Below are positions 9,734 through 19,050 of a stretch of 64,000 nucleotides of DNA, piece after piece. Origin of the DNA: Ignavibacteriales bacterium (GTDB lineage Bacteria > Bacteroidota > Ignavibacteria > UBA10030 > UBA8401); contig JBBINR010000002.1 in NCBI GenBank assembly GCA_037443785.1, forward strand, positions 92,820-156,819. Reading direction: 5' to 3'. Every line of letters begins with the position of its first letter. The first letter of the stretch is position 1. The notes under the pieces were generated by a model, which saw nothing but the letters and a program-made list of their open reading frames with translations, ran no database searches and was not told the DNA's origin. Position numbers and translations under genes: made by a program.

Positions 9734-10342
9734 TTACAGCCCGCTGCGAATTACCCACATCCCTACCATCATCGTTCCCATAACAATTACACCGATAAGC
9801 GGATAATCCCATGTTGATCCCATACTAATCATAGTATGATCTTCTTTTGGTTGGACTATAAAGTTTGTTTCTACAGTAAAAGAAGAATCGGAGTTAGGAA
9901 TTTTTTCGATAACTGCCGTTAATAGAAAATTTCCGGCAATGGTCGGTCGATAGACAAAGGTCGAAGTTTCATGGTTCAGAAAAATATTTTGATGAATGGA
10001 TTCAAAAACTTCATTTGTATCGGTTTGTTTTCCGTGATCATGTTGCTGAATATGTTCCATGGAAGATTTTTTGGAAACCATATAGTGCACGGTAACACTC
10101 TCGGGCATAGCCAATATTGAATGGAGTGTTATAGAGATTGTATCTTCCCGTCCAACTCTCATCGGAGGAATTGAAAGCAGGATCGTATTTTCTCCCTTGG
10201 TGATTTCTTTTGTTATCGTCATCGATTGATGGTCTTCATGATTTTGGTGAGTATCCATCATCATCATATGCATACAGGATGAAAGCGGGAGAATTGAAAT
10301 AAAGATTAATAACAGATAGATATATGTTTTAAAATTTTTCGT
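9734..10342 (-). CDS. His/Met-rich putative lipoprotein with C-terminal TM, non-canonical ACG start proposed
   Basis: frame is open 23 codons upstream of track ATG 10273, giving (T/M)KNFKTYIYLLLIFISILPLSSC, just after SD AGGAGGT. Confidence 0.6.
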   Translation of the reverse strand, partial: TKNFKTYIYLLLIFISILPLSSCMHMMMMDTHQNHEDHQSMTITKEITKGENTILLSIPPMRVGREDTISITLHSILAMPESVTVHYMVSKKSSMEHIQQHDHGKQTDTNEVFESIHQNIFLNHETSTFVYRPTIAGNFLLTAVIEKIPNSDSSFTVETNFIVQPKEDHTMISMGSTWDYPLIGVIVMGTMMVGMWVIRSGL

Positions 10343-10350
10343 AATACCTC

Positions 10351-10938
10351 CTAATGGCTATGATCGTGTTCCTTTTTGATGTCTTTTGCACTCTTTCCGG
10401 AAACATTTCCCTTTCCATGCTGCCATCCTTCGTAACATTCCTTACACACGGGTTTATTATTTTTGACCTCGTTTTTGCAATTACATCCCCCTTCATCAAT
10501 ACACATGTTGCACGGGTCTTCAATACAGCAGTTGTATTTTCCTGCCGTCATCAATTTCAGTTTTGTTTTCTCTTCCTTTGTAACTTTTCCCATCATCTGT
10601 TTATGACAGGAAGAATCCATCGTGCTCTTCTTTTGTTTTATCAATTCCATCCCGCATTTTGGACACGTGCCTGGTTTTCGCGATTTGATGTCAGAATGCA
10701 TCGGACATGTATATTCGACTTGCATATTTATTTCTTCTTTTTTTGCCGCAGAATCTTTTTTAACATCTCCGTGCTTATGCGTACCATGATTCTGCATCTT
10801 GGTCATCGCAACCCCGTTCCCGCTGCAGCATCCTCCGGCGCATGATTTTTCTTTCGTCTCTTGTCCAGCAATTACGGTCGTATTTATTGCAATCGCCATC
10901 ACCAGCGAAAGCAACACGACCATTAATTTGTTTTTCAT
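10351..10938 (-). CDS. exported heavy-metal-binding protein (YTCPMH domain plus Cys-rich C-terminus)
   Basis: signal peptide, YTCPMH...PGTCPKCGMEL, 8-Cys C-terminal cluster, HDHSH tail. Confidence 0.8.
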   Translation of the reverse strand: MKNKLMVVLLSLVMAIAINTTVIAGQETKEKSCAGGCCSGNGVAMTKMQNHGTHKHGDVKKDSAAKKEEINMQVEYTCPMHSDIKSRKPGTCPKCGMELIKQKKSTMDSSCHKQMMGKVTKEEKTKLKLMTAGKYNCCIEDPCNMCIDEGGCNCKNEVKNNKPVCKECYEGWQHGKGNVSGKSAKDIKKEHDHSH

Positions 10939-10990
10939 ATCGAATCTCCGTGTATGTTTTTATTTACATCATTTAGTTTGTGTTCACCAT

Positions 10991-12235
10991 TTAATCCATT
11001 TTCATCCCCGGCATGTCATTTTCTTTCTTCGGCGGAGCGGCTGTTCCATGCTGATGTTCCGTTCCACCGCCAGTTTTAAGCTGACTTTCCGAATCAATAA
11101 GATAACCGCCTTCACTCACCACTGTATCACCTTTCACAAGTCCCCATGTCACTTCGTATTTGCCGTCAAAACGGCTGCCGATTCCAATTTCGCGTGCTTC
11201 AAAATGATTCTTCTCTTTTGATTGTACATACACAAGATTCCGTTTTCCGGTGACAAGAACGGCATTAACAGGAATCGTAAGTGCAGTTCCTTGCTTGCTC
11301 ATAAATTCTGTTTCTGTGTACATATTCGGTTTTAATTTTTCATGCACATTGTTTACCGTCAAACGGACCTTCACTGTCCGTGATTGTGAATTAACGACCG
11401 GATAAATCAGTGAAACAGTTCCCTTGAATGTTTCATCCGGATATCCTGCGGTTGTGAATGCAGCTAGTTCACCGAATCGAATGTTTGATATGTCGGTTTC
11501 GTAGACATCGGCAATATTCCATAGCGTCGATAGATCGGAAACGTCGTAGAGAGAAGCTCCTTCGGCAATATAAATTCCATCGACAATTTTTTTATCGATA
11601 ACGATTCCTGAAATAGGAGAACGATATGTGATTACCAGTGGCAGTGAATCTTTTTCGCCGAGATCGTGAATTTGGTTTTTTGTCAAGCCGAGTAAAAGTA
11701 ACTTTGATCGAGCGATGGACAGCAAATTGTCTCTGGAAGTTGAACTGCTTTTGAATGCTTGTTGATATTCCGTTTCCGCTTGAATAATATCCGGACTGTA
11801 GATGTCGAACAACGGTTCTCCTTTTTTAATTTTTGCGCCGACAGCATTCACATAGAGTTTTTCAATTCGTCCGTTGAATCGTGCGCTGATAATTGTTTTA
11901 TTCGGCTCAGGGATTTCCAACGAGCCGAATGCGCGAACGCGACGTTCAATCCGTTCTTCTTTGACCGGAGTTGTTGCAACATTGGCAAGCAATTGATCGC
12001 GTTGGCTCAATGAAATCAATGATGAATCCGATGATGAGCCGGCCGTTCTGATGTTGCTTGCTTTGACAAGATCCATGTGGCAGATTGGACAAACCCCGGA
12101 TTTATCCAAGTGTACTTGCGGATGCATCGGGCATGTATAATAATCTCCCGGCGCCAATTTCGATGACGAATCACTTCCGCACGAAGCCGCAAAGAATGCA
12201 AATGTTACTACGATAGTGATGAGTAAAGTTTTCAT
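10991..12235 (-). CDS. cusB: RND efflux periplasmic adaptor, CusB-like
   Basis: lipobox AASC, YYTCPMHP...CPICHMDL, GRIEKL, YSPD, LKPNMY, LIDSESQL. Confidence 0.88.
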   Translation of the reverse strand: MKTLLITIVVTFAFFAASCGSDSSSKLAPGDYYTCPMHPQVHLDKSGVCPICHMDLVKASNIRTAGSSSDSSLISLSQRDQLLANVATTPVKEERIERRVRAFGSLEIPEPNKTIISARFNGRIEKLYVNAVGAKIKKGEPLFDIYSPDIIQAETEYQQAFKSSSTSRDNLLSIARSKLLLLGLTKNQIHDLGEKDSLPLVITYRSPISGIVIDKKIVDGIYIAEGASLYDVSDLSTLWNIADVYETDISNIRFGELAAFTTAGYPDETFKGTVSLIYPVVNSQSRTVKVRLTVNNVHEKLKPNMYTETEFMSKQGTALTIPVNAVLVTGKRNLVYVQSKEKNHFEAREIGIGSRFDGKYEVTWGLVKGDTVVSEGGYLIDSESQLKTGGGTEHQHGTAAPPKKENDMPGMKMD

Positions 12236-12263
12236 AAGAAGTGCCTTTGTCAGTATGTTCTTG

Positions 12264-13670
12264 TTATTCTATTGGTTCTCCGACCATCATTTCAATTTCA
12301 GTTAATGCCATGTGCCGGTCGACAATTGTCATTAAATAATCTTCCTGCTTCATTAATTCCATTCGCCGTGCATCGAGTACTGTTGAAATTGGAACTTGTC
12401 CCGTTAAGTATGCGATTGTTTGCGCATCTGCTGCCTCATTAATAAGCGGAAGGATTGTTTGAGAATATTGCTGCACGAGCGAATCCGCCGCTGCATATTT
12501 ATTCACTGCGGACCGGAGCGAGCTGATCATTTCTCTCTGCATGGCATTTTTTTCTGCATCGATACTTGAATTGGTTGCCCGCATCTCATCGGCTTTGCTC
12601 GTCGAACGTTCGGCAGACCATGGCGCAAACGGCAATGTTATTGAAGCCATGATGCTGTACATCCAATCTGTTTGTTGCATCGGCATGCCTGCGACGCTTT
12701 GTTGAATTGCGTCAGCCGATCGGGAGCCGCCGGTGAGAATCATTCCGTTTGGCATGCGCATCACCATCGCTTGAACCATGATGTCGGGGATGAGTTCCTT
12801 GTTGGCAGCAGCGATCATGGATTCGTTCATCTCTTTCATCCGATCCATCGCTATAAGATTCGGATTCAGCTGTTTTACTTTCTCTGAAAGTTGATTTTCC
12901 GAAAAATGAAAAGTGTGTGCTGACAGTGTGCTGTCGGTTCTAATAGGAATCGAAAAATCATTCCGCCCCAGCAGCGAATACAATGCGTTCTGAAAGGCAG
13001 TGCGCGTTGAACGCATTTCAATCAACGTGGATTTCTCCGATGCAACTTCTGCTTGAATTGTTAACAGATCTGCCTGGCGCATTCTGTTTGTTTGAACATG
13101 GGGAAGCATATTCTGAGCAAGGTCTTCTAAGAGAACGATGGTATGCTGCTGAACTTCAATACGCCTGTCGGTTAACCATAACTGATAATAATTCATTTTA
13201 ATCTTTGAACGAAGTTGAACTTCCATCGAACCGAGATTCTGTTCGAGCACATTTCCTTTTTTCTTTTCCACATCGGACATTGCGGAAAGTTTTCCGCCGA
13301 GCATGAACATCTGTGATAAAGAAAAGTTATTTGATGTCGCTCCATTTATCAGATTGAAACTGTTTGAAGGAACCTGGCTGAATTCAACTCCAACCGACGG
13401 AGCAGGTAATGCCTGCGCTGCATTTGCACGAAATCCTGATGCTTGAATTTGGTAGCCAAACGATTTTAGCTGTGGATTATTTTTAAGTGCTTCGTGGATC
13501 AACGAATCAACCGATTGCGCATAACCGAGCATTGAAAAGCCAAACCACATTGTCATTGCGAGCAGTTTCGCCGCGAAGCAATCTCGTTTTTTTGCTTGGA
13601 AATATCGACCTCCCCGCTGACCTGAAAAAAACATTTTAATCAAAAACGATTTTCGAAAATACATTATCAT
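12264..13670 (-). CDS. TolC/CusC family outer-membrane efflux protein
   Basis: EALKNNPQL, SLSQMF..GGKL, NP.L repeat, AYLTGQV; lies between cusA and cusB with ATGA overlap. Confidence 0.85.
   Translation of the reverse strand: MIMYFRKSFLIKMFFSGQRGGRYFQAKKRDCFAAKLLAMTMWFGFSMLGYAQSVDSLIHEALKNNPQLKSFGYQIQASGFRANAAQALPAPSVGVEFSQVPSNSFNLINGATSNNFSLSQMFMLGGKLSAMSDVEKKKGNVLEQNLGSMEVQLRSKIKMNYYQLWLTDRRIEVQQHTIVLLEDLAQNMLPHVQTNRMRQADLLTIQAEVASEKSTLIEMRSTRTAFQNALYSLLGRNDFSIPIRTDSTLSAHTFHFSENQLSEKVKQLNPNLIAMDRMKEMNESMIAAANKELIPDIMVQAMVMRMPNGMILTGGSRSADAIQQSVAGMPMQQTDWMYSIMASITLPFAPWSAERSTSKADEMRATNSSIDAEKNAMQREMISSLRSAVNKYAAADSLVQQYSQTILPLINEAADAQTIAYLTGQVPISTVLDARRMELMKQEDYLMTIVDRHMALTEIEMMVGEPIE
13552..13585. 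repeat. REP-like palindrome inside the 5' end of the TolC ORF
   Basis: GTCATTGCGAGCAGTTTCGCCGCGAAGCAATCTC matches the recalled GTCATTGCGAG...GAAGCAATC repeat family. Confidence 0.6.
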
Positions 13671-16600
13671 TCTCCTTCCTTAATGAAATCCGCCATCTTT
13701 GATAGCTCCAATGTTCCTTTTTTCAGCGCGCGTTCTTTCATCATCACAAACAGCACAGGTGTCACCACAAGAACGTGGACTGCCGAAGTAAATAAACCTC
13801 CGATCATCGGAGCCGTAAGCGGTTTCATCACATCCGCGCCGGTGCCGGTTGACCACATAACGGGAATAAGACCGACCATTGCCGTTGTGACGGTCATAAT
13901 TTTCGGGCGCAATCGTAAAACGGCTCCTTCAACTGTTGCATCGTAAATATCCTGCATCGTTATCGGTCCGCGTTCGCTGCGTTTGTGTGCTCGAATTTTT
14001 TTGTCGAGCGCTTCATGCAGATAAACCACCATCACCACACCGGTCTCGACCGCAATGCCGTACAACGCAATGAAGCCGACCCACACGGCAACCGATAAAT
14101 TGTAACCGAGAATGTAAATCATGTACACGCCGCCGATTAATGCGAATGGAACGGAAAGCATCACTACCATCGACTCAACATAATCTTTGAATGTGAAATA
14201 CAGGAGGATGAAGATGATTAAAAATACGATCGGCATTATGTATGTGAGTGTTTGCTGAGCGCGCACTTTATGTTCGTACTGCCCGCTCCATGTGTATGAA
14301 TATCCGGGCGGAAGTTTCAAATTTTTATTGATGGCAGCTTTTGCATCTTCCATCGTGTTGCCCATATCTCTTCCACGGACATTCATATATACGATAGCAC
14401 GAAGCTGTCCATTCTCGCTGGAAATCATTGGTGGTCCGGTTACAACATTGACATTGGCAAGTTCAGAAAGAGGAACATATGTCACTTCATTCTGCGGTGA
14501 TTGGTTCATCAATGATGAAGAGGCAAATGATGATTGTTGAATTGCTGCCTGCGGTGCCGGAGATAGTTGAGAAGAACCCATCGATGACATTCCCGATGAA
14601 CCAATGGATAAATTCTGTCGTCCCATTTCGGATGAAGTGGACATTGATGTTGAGCCTGAGCTTGAACGAACAGGAATCAACAGCCGGTTCAGTTCCTCGA
14701 TATTATCGCGATACTCACGCTCGAATCGCATGCGGATCGGGAAACGCATTCTCCCTTCGAACACAATGCCGAGATTTTGTCCCCCAATGGCAACCTCAAT
14801 AACATCTTGAAGATCGCCGATGTTGAGACCGTACCTGGCAAGCATTTCTTTCTTCGGTGCAATGTCGACGTAGTAGCCGTTGCCGATTCGCTCAGCAACA
14901 ATGTCCGCAGCACCTGGAACGCTTTTCAAAATTTGTTCTGCTTCGATTGCGTAATGTTCGAGCGTATCGAGATTGTCACCGAATACTTTAAATCCGATAT
15001 CGGTGCGGACGCCGGTGGAAAGCATATTGATACGATTGATGATCGGCTGTGTCCATCCGTTGCGTGTTCCGGGAATTTGCAACTTTGCATCCAATTCTTG
15101 AATGATATCTTTTTTTGTAATGCCGGGGCGCCATTGATCTTTCGGTTTCAACATGATAATGGTTTCGATCATGCTGATCGGCGCATTATCGGTTGCCGTT
15201 TCTGCGCGCCCCGCTTTTCCGAGAACATGATGAACTTCAGGAATGCTGCGAATAATTTTATCCTGCAGAGATAGAATTCTTGCGACCTCGCTGACAGAAG
15301 CATTCGGCAACGTAACCGGCATGTACAGTAGCGAACCTTCATCAAGCGGCGGCATAAATTCTGATCCGATGGAAAGCAGCATCGGGATTGTTGCCAGCAG
15401 TGCGATGATATTGATAGCGATTGTCGTTTTCCGATTATTTAAAACCCAATGAATTATCGGTTCGTAGATTTTAATAAAAAATCGCGTCACAGGATTTCCC
15501 GATTCCGGTTTGAAGTTGCCGCGCATCAGCATCGTCATCAATACCGGAATAAGCGTGATAACAACGGCAGCGGAAGCGATCATGACAAATGTTTTTGTGT
15601 ACGCCAGCGGATGGAACATTTTTCCTTCCTGACCCGTGAGTAAAAAGACAGGAAGAAATCCGACGAGAATAATTAATTCTGAAAAGAAAATCGCTCTGCC
15701 GACTTGTTTCGCGGAAAGGATTGAAATGTCACGGTACTCTTTGTTGGTAAGATGTCCTTTTTTCGCCAATGCATTGGCGATATTTCGATACGCATTTTCT
15801 ACAAGCACAATGGAAGAATCGACAATGACGCCGATTGCCAGCACAATGCCGCCGAGGGACATAATGTTTGACGTAATGCCAAAGATGTACATTAAGATAA
15901 ATGCGAGCAAAATGGAAAGCGGAAGCTCGATCAGAATCCTGACGATGGAACGAAAATGCAGAAGAAAAATAATGACAACAATCGACACCGTAATACTCGC
16001 TTCGATTAAAGCGCGGTTAAGCGTTCCAATAGCAGCTTTGATGAGTGTCGACCGGTCGTATGACGGAACGATTTCTACACCAGGAGGAAGCCCCGATTTT
16101 ATTTCTTCAATGCGCTGTTTTACTCTATCAATTACATCGCGGGCGTTCGCATTACTGCGCATAACAACAATGCCGCCGACCACTTCGCCTTTGCCGTCTT
16201 TATCCAGCAATCCGCGCCGTATGTCTCCGCCAAGTTGAACGGTTGCAATGTTCTTGACAAGAATTGGAATTCCGTCAGGACCTTGTTTGACAAGAATGTT
16301 TTCTACATCTTCTTGCGATGCAATATATCCCTGGCCGCGAACAAAATATTCCGCATTACTGATTTCGAGTAGTTTTCCGCCGACTTCATTATTGTTGCGT
16401 TGAATAGCGCTGGCAACTTCTCCAATTGTTACATTGTATGCCCGCAGTTTATTCGGATTGACATCAACCTGATATTGTTTAACGAATCCGCCGATGCTGG
16501 CGATCTCTGCCACGCCTTCAACGGAAACGAGTTTGTATCGCAGATACCAATCTTGAATTGAACGAAGCGTTGCAAGATCGTAATTCTTTCCTTCAACCGT

Positions 16601-17026
16601 GTACCAAAAAACATGCCCGACACCAGTTCCATCCGGACCAAGGACCGGCGTAACATTGGGAGGCAACTGCGCTTGAACGAGCGAAAGTTTTTCGATCACT
16701 CTGTTGCGTGCAAAATAGAGATCGGTATTGTCGTTGAAAATGACAAATACGAACGACATTCCGAACATCGATGTTGCCCGAACAGCTTTTACTTCGGGCA
16801 AACCCTGCAATGCCGAAGAAATCGGATAGGTGATCTGCTGCTCAACAATTTCCGGAGAACGTCCCATCCATTCCGTAAACACAATCACTTGATTTTCCGA
16901 AAGATCGGGAATTGCATCGACCGGCAAATTGATGACGGCATAGATTCCGAATCCGGCAATAATAGCATACGATAGTATAACGATGAAGCGGTTATTCGCA
17001 CTCCAATCGATAATTTTTTCAATCAT
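13667..17026 (-). CDS. cusA: CusA/CzcA heavy-metal efflux RND transporter (Cu+/Ag+ type)
   Basis: DAIPDLSENQVIV, GPDGTGVG, GSEFMPPLDEG, TDNAPISMIET, RINMLSTG, EGAVLRLRPKIMT. Confidence 0.95.
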   Translation of the reverse strand: MIEKIIDWSANNRFIVILSYAIIAGFGIYAVINLPVDAIPDLSENQVIVFTEWMGRSPEIVEQQITYPISSALQGLPEVKAVRATSMFGMSFVFVIFNDNTDLYFARNRVIEKLSLVQAQLPPNVTPVLGPDGTGVGHVFWYTVEGKNYDLATLRSIQDWYLRYKLVSVEGVAEIASIGGFVKQYQVDVNPNKLRAYNVTIGEVASAIQRNNNEVGGKLLEISNAEYFVRGQGYIASQEDVENILVKQGPDGIPILVKNIATVQLGGDIRRGLLDKDGKGEVVGGIVVMRSNANARDVIDRVKQRIEEIKSGLPPGVEIVPSYDRSTLIKAAIGTLNRALIEASITVSIVVIIFLLHFRSIVRILIELPLSILLAFILMYIFGITSNIMSLGGIVLAIGVIVDSSIVLVENAYRNIANALAKKGHLTNKEYRDISILSAKQVGRAIFFSELIILVGFLPVFLLTGQEGKMFHPLAYTKTFVMIASAAVVITLIPVLMTMLMRGNFKPESGNPVTRFFIKIYEPIIHWVLNNRKTTIAINIIALLATIPMLLSIGSEFMPPLDEGSLLYMPVTLPNASVSEVARILSLQDKIIRSIPEVHHVLGKAGRAETATDNAPISMIETIIMLKPKDQWRPGITKKDIIQELDAKLQIPGTRNGWTQPIINRINMLSTGVRTDIGFKVFGDNLDTLEHYAIEAEQILKSVPGAADIVAERIGNGYYVDIAPKKEMLARYGLNIGDLQDVIEVAIGGQNLGIVFEGRMRFPIRMRFEREYRDNIEELNRLLIPVRSSSGSTSMSTSSEMGRQNLSIGSSGMSSMGSSQLSPAPQAAIQQSSFASSSLMNQSPQNEVTYVPLSELANVNVVTGPPMISSENGQLRAIVYMNVRGRDMGNTMEDAKAAINKNLKLPPGYSYTWSGQYEHKVRAQQTLTYIMPIVFLIIFILLYFTFKDYVESMVVMLSVPFALIGGVYMIYILGYNLSVAVWVGFIALYGIAVETGVVMVVYLHEALDKKIRAHKRSERGPITMQDIYDATVEGAVLRLRPKIMTVTTAMVGLIPVMWSTGTGADVMKPLTAPMIGGLFTSAVHVLVVTPVLFVMMKERALKKGTLELSKMADFIKEGE

Positions 17027-17118
17027 AAAAACTCCCCGTGTATCAACAAGTGAAAATAAAGAATCAAAAGTTCAGGCGATTGTGCCGTGTGGATTTTTAC
17101 TTTTGATTTTTTCTGCCA

Positions 17119-17448
17119 TTATTTCCTGTACAGGCAGCACTGGGGAAGTTTTTTATAGACTGCATCCTGAGCTTTAAATTTTTCCGTATCGTGTCCGACG
17201 GAAGCAATCAGCTTTTGAAGCGAATCAACGGTGATGGCATTGGGCGTGAATGCGACGGTGAGCATTTTTGAATTTTTATCCCACGATGCGAATTTCACTT
17301 CTTTGATCTTTAAAGCTTTTTCGATGCGAGTTTCACACATGATGCAGTTGCCCGAGACTTTGAATTCCGTTTCTTTAACGGTCTCGCCTGCAAAAAGAAG
17401 AATTGAACAAAGTGATAAAGTGATGAGTGATGATAAGAACAGTTTCAT
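17119..17448 (-). CDS. exported HMA-domain metal chaperone
   Basis: signal peptide, VSGNCIMCETRIE, C-terminal YKKLPQCCLYR typical of FCB HMA proteins. Confidence 0.88.
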   Translation of the reverse strand: MKLFLSSLITLSLCSILLFAGETVKETEFKVSGNCIMCETRIEKALKIKEVKFASWDKNSKMLTVAFTPNAITVDSLQKLIASVGHDTEKFKAQDAVYKKLPQCCLYRK

Positions 17449-17524
17449 GGTGTATATCCTTTCAATATTTTTTCCTTACCTGATTATTCATGCCATCAGT
17501 TGTTTGGCGGCCGAATTTAAAGTA

Positions 17525-17875
17525 TTAATTGATCAACCGGCGTTCGAAATCATTCATTTTCGACACCGGTTTTTTGGGGAATTGATCTTTGTTTTCTTCC
17601 GCTTCAGGTGTTATTGGTTTGTTGACGGGAAGAACAATTGTTTTTGACGGTGGTTTTATCGGCAGCACATTCTCGCCGACAGATTGATACGGCGCGACAC
17701 CATTCATTTTTGATTGTGGCTTTTCTGCGAGCATTGTGGAAAACGTTGATGCATTTTGAGGCTTTGCCGCTGGGTAGGATGTCCAAGTTTTTACCAAAAA
17801 CGGATGTTCTTGTGCACTTGCCATAAGTGCAATGAAAAAAATGGATGCAAAAATTTTAGAACGATATGTTTTCAT
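17525..17875 (-). CDS. hypothetical secreted Pro-rich protein
   Basis: signal peptide ending ASA-Q, SD upstream, co-oriented within the metal cluster. Confidence 0.55.
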   Translation of the reverse strand: MKTYRSKIFASIFFIALMASAQEHPFLVKTWTSYPAAKPQNASTFSTMLAEKPQSKMNGVAPYQSVGENVLPIKPPSKTIVLPVNKPITPEAEENKDQFPKKPVSKMNDFERRLIN

Positions 17876-17957
17876 GATATTTCCTTATTTAAAATACTAT
17901 ATGAATTACAGCGGTTGGAAAATACCATACCGCTGACAATGGAAATTCACAAAAACC

Positions 17958-18341
17958 TTAAATAAGGAACACCGAATTGGAAGTTTGAAAATCTTTACCG
18001 GGTGGAGGGGAAGTGTCGATACAATTTTGAATAAAGAACGAAGAATTTTCGACAATATTTGTAGAGAATAAATCGATAGGGAGAATATCAACAACAACAA
18101 GAGAATGAAATAGTTCTTGAACGGCAGCGATTTGAATATCGTCAATCTTTACCGTGGTCATTATCGTCGTGCAGCACATATCAGCCGGTGGAATTTCATC
18201 GCCGCAATTGCACGGATCTTTTGCTTCAACGGCTACCAGCGTTGATGTCGATTCTCCGCCGCAGGAATGTGTCATGACATTTACCCCAATGACGGAAAGA
18301 ACGTAGAGTGACAAAAACAATATGGTAAAAATTTTTTTCAC
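17958..18341 (-). CDS. HYC_CC_PP family protein
   Basis: N-terminal TM, THSCGG, CNC, MCC, SPPP...NSVFLI. Confidence 0.8.
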   Translation of the reverse strand: MKKIFTILFLSLYVLSVIGVNVMTHSCGGESTSTLVAVEAKDPCNCGDEIPPADMCCTTIMTTVKIDDIQIAAVQELFHSLVVVDILPIDLFSTNIVENSSFFIQNCIDTSPPPGKDFQTSNSVFLI

Positions 18342-18395
18342 GTAAATTTTCTAGGCTACTTCCTTAAACACCATTATGAACCACAATCGTTCCCG

Positions 18396-18830
18396 TCAAT
18401 TATGCGGCACTTGCACATCTTCTTCATGATGCGGGAAGTTGACCATCGTTGATGCCAGATACTGATAGGCCGCTTTCCATCCGTTTTCAACATCCGGAGT
18501 AAAATCTTTTCCTAACACCGTTTTTAAGGCAAACATCATTGCGCTGCCGAATGAAGCGAATTGATGCGGCTCGATGCCAAACGAACGATGAATCTGTCCG
18601 AGATTAAAAAGCATCGGCTGCAAATCTTCAGGATTGTCGAGATGCTCAATAGAAATTTGGAGCATTCGTATCAGCTTGCGGCGCTGCTCAACCATGTCTC
18701 CACGGAACAATGCCTGGCTTTTCGGTTCAAGTTCAAAAAGTTTTTTATACAGCAAGTCTGAAAGCAGATCTTTCTTACTGCTCATACGTTCAAACGATTG
18801 CCGGACGAGGTCTTTTTGTTGTGGTGTCAT
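18396..18830 (-). CDS. single-domain globin (flavohaemoglobin-type globin without reductase)
   Basis: LVRQSF, LYKKLFELEP, ALF, EQRRKL, LGQIH (proximal His), W..AY. Confidence 0.88.
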   Translation of the reverse strand: MTPQQKDLVRQSFERMSSKKDLLSDLLYKKLFELEPKSQALFRGDMVEQRRKLIRMLQISIEHLDNPEDLQPMLFNLGQIHRSFGIEPHQFASFGSAMMFALKTVLGKDFTPDVENGWKAAYQYLASTMVNFPHHEEDVQVPHN

Positions 18831-19050
18831 AGGGGTGTCCCAAATAATCTTTCTGCCATTCAAGATATAACAATATCGTGCCGAAAAATTCTTCGGAAAA
18901 TGAAGATTATTTGGTATTTTGTTCTCTCAAAACTAAAAAATGCAGACGGAGATATGGCAAAAATAGGAAATTCTCGGCAATTTTATGCCAATTGTCAATT
19001 GATGTTTCTCGACATTCTCTCTACTTTATCAAGAAACAACCGGAGCAACA

